DNA of 32,000 nt from Patescibacteria group bacterium (GTDB lineage: Bacteria > Patescibacteriota > Patescibacteriia > 2-01-FULL-39-33), in assembly GCA_041662745.1 (NCBI GenBank), contig JBAZRV010000004.1, forward strand, positions 60,001-92,000, given 5' to 3'. Made by a program: the position numbers and the translations under genes. The notes under the pieces were generated by a model, which was not told the DNA's origin, ran no database searches, and saw nothing but the letters and a program-made list of their open reading frames with translations. This document shows positions 7,885 to 15,415 of this stretch, one piece after another; within the stretch, counting starts at the first letter, position 1, and each line of letters opens with the position of its first letter.

Positions 7885-7913
7885 TTGACATTCCTCAAAT
7901 AATACTATATAAT
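7885..7913 (+). promoter_or_regulatory. Perfect consensus sigma70 promoter upstream of rpsF
   Basis: TTGACA (7885-7890), 17-nt spacer, TATAAT (7908-7913), preceded by an AT-rich tract. The predicted TSS is near 7920, about 160 nt before the rpsF ATG. Confidence 0.8.
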
Positions 7914-7919
7914 ACCAGC

Positions 7920-8079
7920 ACAACTTAAACCTTTCCCATTCCCTTTTACGGGGCTCTTAAGCGCAAAACGATTTATCTCGCGACTTAAGAAAAGGCAGAT
8001 AACCACGATTCTTTAGGGATCCCGGGCTTGCCTTGGGATTTTTTTAAACGGCAAAATATTAATATAATTAATCCATACT
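7920..8079 (+). promoter_or_regulatory. Structured rpsF leader (or independent small RNA) ending in a terminator-like hairpin
   Basis: Hairpin CTTAAGCGC...GCGaCTTAAG at 7956-7989. A second stem, ATCCCGGG (8019-8026) / CTTGGGAT (8032-8039), is followed by a T run (8040-8045), 34 nt before the rpsF ATG. Confidence 0.5.
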
Positions 8080-8553
8080 ATGAACAATTACGAATTGCTC
8101 TACATCATCCCCAACCAGTACACTGATGATGAGGCCGCCAAGATCAAAGCCAAAATAGATGACATGCTTAAGGGCTTTGGCGCCATTATCGGACTGGAAG
8201 AAAACTTAGGCAAGAAAAAATTAGCCTATCCCATCAACCGCGTTGCCCATGGCTATTATTTACTAAACGAGTTTGAACTGGAAGACGCCGCCAAAATCAA
8301 AGAAATTAACAATTTCCTGCGCTTGGACAAAGAAATCCTGCGCGCGCAAATCGTCAGCAAAAAAAAGCTGACTCCCAAAGAAATTGAAAAACAAAAAAAG
8401 CGCGAGCAAGCGGCGGAAGCCAGACGCGCCGCCGGCGAAAAAAACGAGGAAAAAGCCAAACCGGCAGAAGCCAAAAAAGAAAGCAAGAAGGTGGACATTA
8501 AGAATTTGGACGAAAAATTGGATGAGATTTTAAAAACCGACGATTTAGTGTAA
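8080..8553 (+). CDS. rpsF: 30S ribosomal protein S6, with K/E-rich C-terminal extension
   Basis: MNNYELLYIIPNQYTDDEA...LGKKKLAYPINRVAHGYYLL is typical S6. About 60 extra C-terminal residues are rich in K/E/A. Conserved rpsF-ssb-rpsR order. Confidence 0.88.
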   Translation: MNNYELLYIIPNQYTDDEAAKIKAKIDDMLKGFGAIIGLEENLGKKKLAYPINRVAHGYYLLNEFELEDAAKIKEINNFLRLDKEILRAQIVSKKKLTPKEIEKQKKREQAAEARRAAGEKNEEKAKPAEAKKESKKVDIKNLDEKLDEILKTDDLV

Positions 8554-8560
8554 ACTTATA

Positions 8561-8667
8561 CCAGTTGATTAGTGATTAGCAGTTAGTTAGTAGTTGAATT
8601 AAACTATCAACTGATAACTGGCTGAATTAAACTATCAACTGACAACTATTTAACTAACAACTAACTA
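8561..8667 (+). repeat. GT-rich arm / AC-rich arm hairpin element with an internal 25-nt tandem repeat (rpsF-ssb spacer)
   Basis: The GT-rich arm is CCAGTTGATTAGTGATTAGCAGTTAGTTAGTAGTTGA (8561-8597). Hairpin 8580-8624 has AGTTGA 8592-8597 paired with TCAACT 8607-8612, plus 11 of 12 further pairs including 3 G:U. TGAATTAAACTATCAACTGA(T/C)AACT occurs in tandem at 8595-8619 and 8623-8647. The words TTAGTTAGTAGTT and AACTATCAACT are shared with the element at 9484-9535. Confidence 0.7.
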
Positions 8668-8673
8668 AATAGT

Positions 8674-9150
8674 ATGAACCTAAACAAAGCCATTATCATT
8701 GGCAATCTCACCGCCAATCCCGAAGTCAAAAAAACCGCTTCGGGCCAAACCATTGCCAATTTCTCCATCGCCACCAACCGCGTCTGGACCAACCAGCAAG
8801 GCGTCAAACAAGAGCAAGCTGAATTTCATTCTATTGTCGCTTTCGGGCGTCTGGCTGAAATCGTCGGCCAATACCTGGCCAAAGGCCGCTTATGCATGGT
8901 AGAGGGTCGCATCCAAACCCGCAACTGGGTGGATACCAACAACGTCAAGCATTGGAAAACGGAGATTGTCGCCGAAAACATCCAGCTGGGACCGCGCAGC
9001 GCCGCTTCCGCTAACGGCAGTTACAACCAAGAGAGACCCGGCAATTCCGGCTATGACGCCGCTCCGGCTTACGAGGTTGAACAAGTAACCGCCGCTCCCG
9101 TTGCCAACGACAATGAAGAAGAAATAAAAGTTGAAGACATTCCCTTCTAA
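8674..9150 (+). CDS. ssb: Single-stranded DNA-binding protein
   Basis: MNLNKAIIIGNLTANPEVKKTASGQTIANFSIATNR... forms the OB fold. A Gly/Pro/Asn-rich linker and the acidic tip EEEIKVEDIPF follow. Confidence 0.93.
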   Translation: MNLNKAIIIGNLTANPEVKKTASGQTIANFSIATNRVWTNQQGVKQEQAEFHSIVAFGRLAEIVGQYLAKGRLCMVEGRIQTRNWVDTNNVKHWKTEIVAENIQLGPRSAASANGSYNQERPGNSGYDAAPAYEVEQVTAAPVANDNEEEIKVEDIPF

Positions 9151-9180
9151 ATAAAAACAGACAAAAATTCTAAAATCCTT

Positions 9181-9226
9181 AAAGCTGAGGCCGTCATGAT
9201 GCTATGAATCTTGGGCTTCGGACTTT
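9181..9226 (+). repeat. Hairpin in the ssb-rpsR spacer
   Basis: AAAGCTGAGGCC (9181-9192) pairs with GGCTTCGGaCTTT (9214-9226). That gives 12 pairs including 2 G:U, with A9222 bulged and a 21-nt loop. Confidence 0.55.
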
Positions 9227-9241
9227 ACAGGTTATAACACT

Positions 9242-9484
9242 ATGATCCAAAATAAAAAAACCACCGGCGCCGCAACGCCGCAGAAGCGCTATTGCCATTT
9301 TTGCGTCCACAACGTCCGCGACATTGATTACAAAAACATCAATTTGTTGCGCCGTTTCATCTCTTCTTATTCCAAAATCGTACCGCGCAAAAGAAGCGGT
9401 GTCTGCGCTTTCCATCAACGCAAGTTGGCTAACGCCATCAAACGCGCCAGAATCATGGCCTTGTTGCCATTTGTTACAAAATAA
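9242..9484 (+). CDS. rpsR: 30S ribosomal protein S18
   Basis: 80-aa ORF containing ...YCHFCVHNVRDIDYKNINLLRRFISSYSKIVPRKRSGVCAFHQRKLANAIKRAR..., canonical S18. Confidence 0.93.
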   Translation: MIQNKKTTGAATPQKRYCHFCVHNVRDIDYKNINLLRRFISSYSKIVPRKRSGVCAFHQRKLANAIKRARIMALLPFVTK

Positions 9485-9535
9485 GTTAATTAGTTATTAG
9501 TTAGTAGTTTAACTATCAACTAACAACTAAAAACT
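9484..9535 (+). repeat. Near-perfect inverted repeat (GT-rich arm / AC-rich arm) in the rpsR-efp spacer
   Basis: The repeat is centred on T9510. Arms 9490-9509 and 9511-9530 give 17 Watson-Crick pairs, 1 G:U and 2 mismatches out of 20 positions. It shares TTAGTTAGTAGTT and AACTATCAACT with the 8561-8667 element. Confidence 0.75.
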
Positions 9536-9550
9536 ATCTACTGAACCCCT

Positions 9551-10120
9551 ATGTCAATTTCCACCTTAAACGATATTAAAAAAGGCGTGAGCGTTATTTA
9601 TAATGGCGAGCCCTATGTCGTCGTTGAAGCCAATTTCGTCAGAATGCAACAACGCAAACCGGTCATGCAAACCAAACTGCGCAACCTGCTTAACGGCAAG
9701 GTAGCCGAATACAGTTTCCATCAGGGCGAACGAGTTGATGAAGCCGATATGACCAGAAAAAAAGTAGATTATTTGTATAACGACGGCACCAGCTATTACT
9801 TCATGTCACAGGACGATTTTGAACAATTCGCCTTGTCCGGGGACAGCCTGAGCGATAAAATCGGCTATTTGAAAGAGGGCGACAAAGTAGACGCCCTGTA
9901 CTGGAACAACAATCCCGTGTCCGTTTCCCTGCCGCCCAAAGTTGAGTTCAAGGTTATTTCCGCTCCGGAAGGCGTCAAAGGCAACTCGGCTCAAGGCCGC
10001 GTCACCAAAACCGCCGAAATAGAAACCGGCCTCTCCGTCCAAGTCCCCTTATTCGTCAAAGAAGGCGACATAATCAGAATCAGCACCGATACCGGCGAAT
10101 ACGTGGAGCGAGTCAACTAA
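9551..10120 (+). CDS. efp: Elongation factor P
   Basis: 189-aa ORF aligned by eye to E. coli and B. subtilis EF-P (GEPYVVVEA...KLRNLLNG...YLYNDG...PPKVEFKV...EGVKGNSAQG..TKTAEIETG..VQVPLFV.EGD.I.I.T.TGEYVERV). The loop that normally reads KPGKG is divergent (see findings). Confidence 0.9.
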   Translation: MSISTLNDIKKGVSVIYNGEPYVVVEANFVRMQQRKPVMQTKLRNLLNGKVAEYSFHQGERVDEADMTRKKVDYLYNDGTSYYFMSQDDFEQFALSGDSLSDKIGYLKEGDKVDALYWNNNPVSVSLPPKVEFKVISAPEGVKGNSAQGRVTKTAEIETGLSVQVPLFVKEGDIIRISTDTGEYVERVN

Positions 10121-10133
10121 TTTAAAAATACTT

Positions 10134-10170
10134 AAAAAAACAACCCCGAGATAATCGGGGCTGTTTTTTT
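10134..10170. terminator. Bidirectional intrinsic terminator between convergent efp and recA
   Basis: Stem CCCCGA (10144-10149) / TCGGGG (10155-10160) is flanked by an A7 run upstream and a T7 run downstream. Confidence 0.85.
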
Positions 10171-10176
10171 ATAACT

Positions 10177-11265
10177 TCATTCTTTCATCGCCGGTTCGTC
10201 TTCATAGCCGTCGTTACCGGCCGGCGGCGGGGCAATACCCGCCTGCTCAGCTTCCCTGAGCTTTTTCACTTCTTCCAAAATCTGCTTCCTGATTATGGCT
10301 ATCAGCTTGGGATTGGCCTTAAGATAAGCCTTGGCATTCTCACGGCCCGTGCCCAGCTTCTCTTCACCGAAAGTATAAGTATTGCCGGCTTTGCTGACGA
10401 CACCCTTCTCCAGACCGACATCCAGCAGATCTCCGGAAACGGAAATGCCTTCGTTATACATAATATCAAATTCACAAGTCTGAAAGGGCGCGGCCACCTT
10501 ATTCTTAACCACCTTGACCTTGACGCGATTGCCGATATTCCTATCGCCTTGTTTGATTTGCGCGGCGCGGCGGACTTCAATGCGGACCGAAGAATAGAAC
10601 TTCAAAGCGGTACCGCCGGTAGTAGTCTCGGGATTGCCGAAAAACACGCCGATCTTCATGCGAGTCTGGTTGATGAAAATCAATACGGCTTTGGACTTGG
10701 AAATAGCGCCGGTCAGCTTCCTTAGCGCTTGGCTCATCAAACGCGCCTGCAAGCCCATATGCGAATCGCCCATGTCGCCCTCTATTTCCGCCTTAGGCAC
10801 CAAAGCCGCCACCGAATCCACCACCACCACATCAACGGCATTGGAACGAATCAGCGTCTCTACTATCTCTAAAGCCTGTTCGCCGGTATCGGGCTGGGAA
10901 ATAAACAACTCATCAACCTTCACGCCGATCTTTCTGGCATAATCAGGGTCCAAGGCATGCTCGGCGTCCACGAAGGCGGCTACACCGCCTAATTTCTGCA
11001 CCTCAGCCACGATGTGCTGGGCCAAGGTTGTCTTACCTGAGGCCTCCGGCCCGAACACCTCGACAATCCTGCCTCGAGGCACTCCGCCCACGCCCAAAGC
11101 GATGTCCAAGGACAAGGCGCCGGTAGATACGGCATCAACTTCCATGGCTCGGGCTTCCCCGAACTTCATAATCGCTCCGTCGCCAAAACGATCTTTAATC
11201 TGGCTAATTGCCGATTCTACGGCCTTAAACTTCTCATTCCCCTCCTCATTGGTCTTTTTAGGCAT
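10177..11265 (-). CDS. recA: Recombinase RecA
   Basis: 362-aa ORF with Walker [10 protein letters not shown], plus [22 protein letters not shown] and [11 protein letters not shown]. An unmistakable RecA. Confidence 0.97.
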   Translation of the reverse strand: MPKKTNEEGNEKFKAVESAISQIKDRFGDGAIMKFGEARAMEVDAVSTGALSLDIALGVGGVPRGRIVEVFGPEASGKTTLAQHIVAEVQKLGGVAAFVDAEHALDPDYARKIGVKVDELFISQPDTGEQALEIVETLIRSNAVDVVVVDSVAALVPKAEIEGDMGDSHMGLQARLMSQALRKLTGAISKSKAVLIFINQTRMKIGVFFGNPETTTGGTALKFYSSVRIEVRRAAQIKQGDRNIGNRVKVKVVKNKVAAPFQTCEFDIMYNEGISVSGDLLDVGLEKGVVSKAGNTYTFGEEKLGTGRENAKAYLKANPKLIAIIRKQILEEVKKLREAEQAGIAPPPAGNDGYEDEPAMKE

Positions 11266-11276
11266 AAATATAAAAA

Positions 11277-11912
11277 TTACTGGTTAATCTCGTTAAATAG
11301 CACGCGGATAGTCGCTTCCGATTGGCGGCTGTAACGCTTCTTCGCAGTTATTTTAATCAAATTCAAACCCTTTTGCAAGTCAACGGTAGTGGAAAAATTA
11401 CCTCCCGTATCCACGAACACCGCCTTATTGTTAATGACGATTTCCGCCTCGCGCGAAGACGTGCCCGCTACCTCCAATTGGCGATTGACCGTTATTAATC
11501 CGTCAGTCGGACGCGAAACGATTAATTGCGGCGGCCGAAAAATTTCATTGACGCGCCAAAGCAAAAAAGCCGACAGCGCAACGATGCCTATGATAACCAC
11601 TGCCCGGGAAATGAAATTGGACCAAACAAACAAATTTTTATTTTTCAACGATTTGTAAGATACGGTTTGCAACTTATCGGCGGCTTCCTGGCATAAGGGA
11701 TGATCCAAACCCAAATAATCGCAATAGGTTTTGAGAAACTTGGGCAAGTAGTCTTTACCCGGCAATAACCAGGGCTGATTGTGCTCTAGCGCCTCCAGAT
11801 ATTTGGTGGCGATCCTGGTTTCTCCCGACGCCTTAAGCAAACTCACGCCCCTTTTCAGGCGCGCTTCTTTCAAATTCTCTCCCAAATTTTCAATCAGGTT
11901 TTCTTCCGACAT
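11277..11912 (-). CDS. RodZ-like protein (N-terminal HTH, one TM helix, C-terminal beta-rich domain)
   Basis: Track ORF 11277-11957 trimmed to ATG 11912 ([25 protein letters not shown]...), because the ftsK terminator occupies 11934-11954. It has an XRE-type HTH and the TM helix [16 protein letters not shown]. Its position immediately upstream of recA parallels the Bacillus ymfM(rodZ)...recA neighbourhood. Confidence 0.6.
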   Translation of the reverse strand: MSEENLIENLGENLKEARLKRGVSLLKASGETRIATKYLEALEHNQPWLLPGKDYLPKFLKTYCDYLGLDHPLCQEAADKLQTVSYKSLKNKNLFVWSNFISRAVVIIGIVALSAFLLWRVNEIFRPPQLIVSRPTDGLITVNRQLEVAGTSSREAEIVINNKAVFVDTGGNFSTTVDLQKGLNLIKITAKKRYSRQSEATIRVLFNEINQ

Positions 11913-11933
11913 AAAATAACCGCTTATAAAGCC

Positions 11934-11954
11934 AAAAACCTGCCGGCCGGCAGG
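11934..11954 (-). terminator. Intrinsic terminator after ftsK
   Basis: The perfect palindrome CCTGCCGG/CCGGCAGG (11939-11954) is followed on the minus strand by TTTTT (complement of 11934-11938). Confidence 0.8.
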
Positions 11955-12005
11955 CAAGCCCGTAATGTCTTTAGACCTTACGGACCTTCAACTTCTAATT
12001 TAAAA

Positions 12006-14822
12006 CTAAGCCCATTCATCATCATCAAAATAGTTCTTTGACGATTTTTCTGATGGTTTTTTATTTTTAATCTCTTCTGATTCCTCTGCTGTTTCTTCGG
12101 ATTCTTCCGGCATTTCCTCTGCCTCCTCTGCCGCCTCTGCTGTCGCCTCCGTCTCTTCCGAAACTTCCTCCGGAATTTCTACCGTTTCTTCCTCCGGAAA
12201 AATCTCCTCCGATTCGGCTGCCGTTATTCCTTTTTCTTTATTCTTTTTCGGCTTATCCTCCTGCGGCGCCGACTCAAATTCTTCCACCTCCGCGAATTTG
12301 GCTGCGGGCAATTCCTCCTCTTTTTCACCTCGCTCTTCCTGAGCAGAATAATTGTCTTCCGGCTCGTTTAGATCTTTCTCCACAAAAGACGGGATATCTT
12401 CTTCGGCTGAGTCCGCTATTTCCTCATCAGTTTCAAGCAACTCATCACTGTCATCCTCCGGCGGACGGAAGGCGGTAAAACCGGGTTCATCTTCGGCTTC
12501 AGCAGAATCCTCTTCAATGAAGGGATTATCATCTAACGGCCTTAATTCTCCAGTCAAGCCATGTTCGCGCGCGGCAAATTCCACCGGATCGGCTCCGCCC
12601 AGTTTATCCAAAAATACCTCTCGGGGCTTAGCGCCGTCAGCCGGACCGATCACGCCCCTCTCCTCCAACAGATCAAGAATCCTGGCTGCTCGAGCATAGC
12701 CTAATTTAAGGCGACGTTGCAACAACGAAGCCGAAGCCTTGCCGTTCTGCTTGATTACTTCTACCGCTTCGCCCAAAAGCGGTTCATCGTCGCTAGCAAA
12801 ACCGTTGTTGCCGCCGTTACTGCCGAAACTGCCGCCGGTTGCAGCCAAGCCCTCAACATAATCAGCCGAGCCCTGTTTCTTGATGTAACCGACCACATCA
12901 TTAATTTCATGATCGGACAAAAAGACGCCCTGGATGCGCTTGGCTTTGGCGAATTCCGCTCCCAAATACAGCATATCGCCGCGACCCACTAATTTTTCCG
13001 CTCCGGTACCGTCAAGGATGGTGCGCGAATCAATGGAAGAAGCGACGGCAAAAGAAATGCGCGTCGGAATATTAGCCTTAATCAAACCAGTAATAACCTC
13101 GGTAGACGGTCGTTGCGTGGCCAAAACCAAATGAATGCCCACGGCGCGGGCCATTTGCGCCAATCTCACAATGCCCGCCTCCATATCGTTGGGATTAGAG
13201 GCCATTAAATCAGCCAACTCATCAATAATGACTACGATGTAAGGCATCTTCTCGGCGTGTGTTTGGTTATAAGAAGCGATATTGCGGTTGCCGAATTTGG
13301 CCAAAAGCTCAAAACGCCTTTCCATTTCCGTAATCAGCCACTTTAAAGCGCTGACGGTTTTCTTAACGTCAGTTACAACCGGAGTAAGCAGATAAGGGAT
13401 ATTATTATACACCGGCATTTCTACGCGCTTGGGATCAATCAGAATAAATTTCAATTCATCAGGACTGTTCTGATACATCAGGGAGACGATAATGGAATTA
13501 ACGCAGACGGATTTGCCGCTGCCGGTCTGGCCGGCGATAAGCAAATGAGGCATGCGAGCCAAATCGGCGAATACCGGTTTGCCGGACACGTCCTTGCCCA
13601 AAGCCAAAAATAAATTATTACTCCGCTCCTTGAACTCCTTGCTGGCCAGCACCTCGCCCATAGTCACCTTGGCCGCAGTCTGGTTGGGTATTTCTATGCC
13701 CACCAAGGCCTTGCCGGGGATGGGCGCCTCAATGCGGATCGGATGGGCGGCCAACGCTAAAGCCAAATCGGCGTTAAGAGTAGTCAGGCGCGCCAGTTTA
13801 ATGCCGGCGGCCGGCCGCATAGTGTATTGGGTAACGGTCGGGCCAACGTTAACCTCGCCCATTTCCACAGCTACCCCGAAATTAGCCAACGTGCGCTTAA
13901 TAATCTCCTGGTTAGCCTTAATGTCGCCGGAGGTGGGCTTGCCTGACTTGGCGGATAGCAAACTCAGGGGCAAATCCAACCGGCCGAATTTACGGCGCTT
14001 GGCTTCCGGCGTAAATTCATCCTTAAGGCCGGAATCGGTCAATGGCTTATTGGTGAAATTAGGATTATCATCATCAATCGGCCCGGCCGCTTCATCCTCA
14101 TCTACGTCTTCCTGCTCAACCGATTCATCCATTGATTCTTCCTCATAATCTTCTTCGGCCGCCAAATTGGCCAGCTTGCGCTCGTTACGCTTAAGCCGAT
14201 AATAAAAATACCAATCCTTCAGTTTAGCGAAGATAAACTTAAATAATTTTAGCGGCCACATCAAACCGTAAAAGGAGGTTTCTAACGCCAATAAAATACC
14301 AACCAGTAATAAGGCGACCAAGACGACCAAAGCGCCCCAAAAACTCATCAGGCGCACCAAAGGCAAGGCGACAAGGGCGCCAAGATAACCGCCCCCCTGT
14401 CCCAACTTGGCCATCTCCAACGCCTGCCAAGAATCGTACTGCAAATGAAATAAACCGCACAAGCTGACAATCAAAAATAAGGCGCCCAAATAATTAATAA
14501 AACTAATAGGATACTTTTCCTCATAAAGCAAGAAAAAAATCAAAGCGGCCAAAAGCGCCGGTATCAGCCATTTAGCGCCGCCAAAGACTATGGACAGAAC
14601 ATAAGCCACCACCTGGCCTATCTGGCCGGATAAATCAAATAAACCCAAAATAGCCAGGGCGGCAAAAACAAACAGGAAAATAATGAATATCCCCTTTTTG
14701 GTTTCCGGCGACAAACTGCGCCAATAATCAAGAAAATTAAAACGTGGCGCCGCATAACGGCCACGGTTGGATCCTCCGCGATTCCAGAAAGCGCGGTTTT
14801 TTTTATGGTAGTGACGAGGCAT
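12006..14822 (-). CDS. ftsK: DNA translocase FtsK/SpoIIIE with a long acidic C-terminal tail
   Basis: 938 aa. It has N-terminal TM helices, an acidic linker, a motor domain (Walker A GQTGSGKSV, VVIIDELADLM, LATQRPS) and a gamma winged-helix (ASASLLQRRLKLGYARAARILDLLEERGVIGP). About 195 further residues are very rich in E/D. Confidence 0.93.
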   Translation of the reverse strand: MPRHYHKKNRAFWNRGGSNRGRYAAPRFNFLDYWRSLSPETKKGIFIIFLFVFAALAILGLFDLSGQIGQVVAYVLSIVFGGAKWLIPALLAALIFFLLYEEKYPISFINYLGALFLIVSLCGLFHLQYDSWQALEMAKLGQGGGYLGALVALPLVRLMSFWGALVVLVALLLVGILLALETSFYGLMWPLKLFKFIFAKLKDWYFYYRLKRNERKLANLAAEEDYEEESMDESVEQEDVDEDEAAGPIDDDNPNFTNKPLTDSGLKDEFTPEAKRRKFGRLDLPLSLLSAKSGKPTSGDIKANQEIIKRTLANFGVAVEMGEVNVGPTVTQYTMRPAAGIKLARLTTLNADLALALAAHPIRIEAPIPGKALVGIEIPNQTAAKVTMGEVLASKEFKERSNNLFLALGKDVSGKPVFADLARMPHLLIAGQTGSGKSVCVNSIIVSLMYQNSPDELKFILIDPKRVEMPVYNNIPYLLTPVVTDVKKTVSALKWLITEMERRFELLAKFGNRNIASYNQTHAEKMPYIVVIIDELADLMASNPNDMEAGIVRLAQMARAVGIHLVLATQRPSTEVITGLIKANIPTRISFAVASSIDSRTILDGTGAEKLVGRGDMLYLGAEFAKAKRIQGVFLSDHEINDVVGYIKKQGSADYVEGLAATGGSFGSNGGNNGFASDDEPLLGEAVEVIKQNGKASASLLQRRLKLGYARAARILDLLEERGVIGPADGAKPREVFLDKLGGADPVEFAAREHGLTGELRPLDDNPFIEEDSAEAEDEPGFTAFRPPEDDSDELLETDEEIADSAEEDIPSFVEKDLNEPEDNYSAQEERGEKEEELPAAKFAEVEEFESAPQEDKPKKNKEKGITAAESEEIFPEEETVEIPEEVSEETEATAEAAEEAEEMPEESEETAEESEEIKNKKPSEKSSKNYFDDDEWA

Positions 14823-14848
14823 GAAAATAGGGACGTTTCTTTTACTGG

Positions 14849-14857
14849 ATTATACCA
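14849..14857 (-). promoter_or_regulatory. Extended -10 promoter (TGGTATAAT) for ftsK
   Basis: The minus strand reads TGGTATAAT, 26 nt upstream of the ftsK ATG and just downstream of the preceding terminator. Confidence 0.6.
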
Positions 14858-14859
14858 TA

Positions 14860-14896
14860 AAAAGCGAAAAGACGCCAAGAAATCTTGGCGTCTTTT
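14860..14896 (-). terminator. Intrinsic terminator after the MerR/micro-ORF operon
   Basis: Perfect 13-bp stem AAAAGACGCCAAG (14867-14879) / CTTGGCGTCTTTT (14884-14896) with a 4-nt loop. On the minus strand it is followed by TTTTCGCTTTTT. Confidence 0.85.
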
Positions 14897-14928
14897 ACGG
14901 CCGGTCAAACGCTTTACTGGTGCAGAGG

Positions 14929-15042
14929 TTAAAGCGCCCAAACCGCCAATATCAAAAGAGGCACGACAAGCCAAATTAAATCAATCAGGGCCTTTCTCGG
15001 ATCCTTGCGTTTCTGGTAAATTTCAATGCTTAGGAAGGTCAT
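14929..15042 (-). CDS. 37-aa tail-anchored membrane micro-protein (hypothetical)
   Basis: The ATG at 15042 starts 2 nt after the MerR-family stop codon (15045-15047). The product is MTFLSIEIYQKRKDPRKALIDLIWLVVPLLILAVWAL, a polar N-terminus followed by one C-terminal hydrophobic helix. The terminator follows. No homology evidence is available. Confidence 0.45.
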   Translation of the reverse strand: MTFLSIEIYQKRKDPRKALIDLIWLVVPLLILAVWAL

Positions 15043-15044
15043 AA

Positions 15045-15290
15045 TCAACGGCGAAAATACTTTTTTATTTCCCTGATGGTCAGACGGCGAGAGGCCTGCA
15101 ATCGCTGGATTTCCTTCAGGCGTTTTAAGGCCCATGACCGGTCATACAGACGGTAACCGCCCGGCGATTGATCGGCGAATTTAAGCAACCCTTCCCGCGT
15201 ATAGTAATGGATGGTGGAGGGCAAAACTCTGGCCGCTTGGGCCAATTCTCCGATTTTTAACAACTCAGCCAACCGGCCGCTCTTGTCCAT
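15045..15290 (-). CDS. MerR-family HTH transcriptional regulator (short, 81 aa, no effector domain)
   Basis: LKIGELAQAARVLPSTIHYYTREGLL...GGYRLY is the classic MerR N-terminal HTH/wing signature. SD GGGGAG lies 8 nt upstream of the ATG. Confidence 0.8.
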   Translation of the reverse strand: MDKSGRLAELLKIGELAQAARVLPSTIHYYTREGLLKFADQSPGGYRLYDRSWALKRLKEIQRLQASRRLTIREIKKYFRR

Positions 15291-15373
15291 AATTATAGCT
15301 CCCCGCTGTCGCCGTTTCCGCCGTATTCAAACGTGGCGATCCAGCTTGACAGCCGAGAGTAACACTAACCATA

Positions 15374-15401
15374 AAGTATGAAGTATGAAGTAATAAGGTA
15401 T
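15374..15401. repeat. Heptamer tandem repeat AAGTATG AAGTATG AAGTAAT AAGGTAT
   Basis: Four consecutive 7-nt units, the first two identical. They lie in the predicted 5' UTR of the MerR-family gene. Confidence 0.8.
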
Positions 15402-15415
15402 ACTTTATAGTTGTT

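Noticed and set aside
8595-8647. CRISPR-like direct repeats
   Set aside because: There are only two 25-nt copies, separated by 3 nt. There are no spacers and no cas genes. The copies are part of a hairpin element.
9194-9418. 74-aa minus-strand ORF spanning the ssb-rpsR spacer and rpsR
   Set aside because: It is antisense to a canonical S18 gene, has no expression signals, and its sequence is not protein-like.
13552-14148. 198-aa plus-strand ORF and other ORFs antisense to ftsK (12352-12699, 12717-13134)
   Set aside because: These are shadow ORFs within the FtsK motor and tail coding region. Their S/A/L-rich composition mirrors the E/D/A-rich sense frame.
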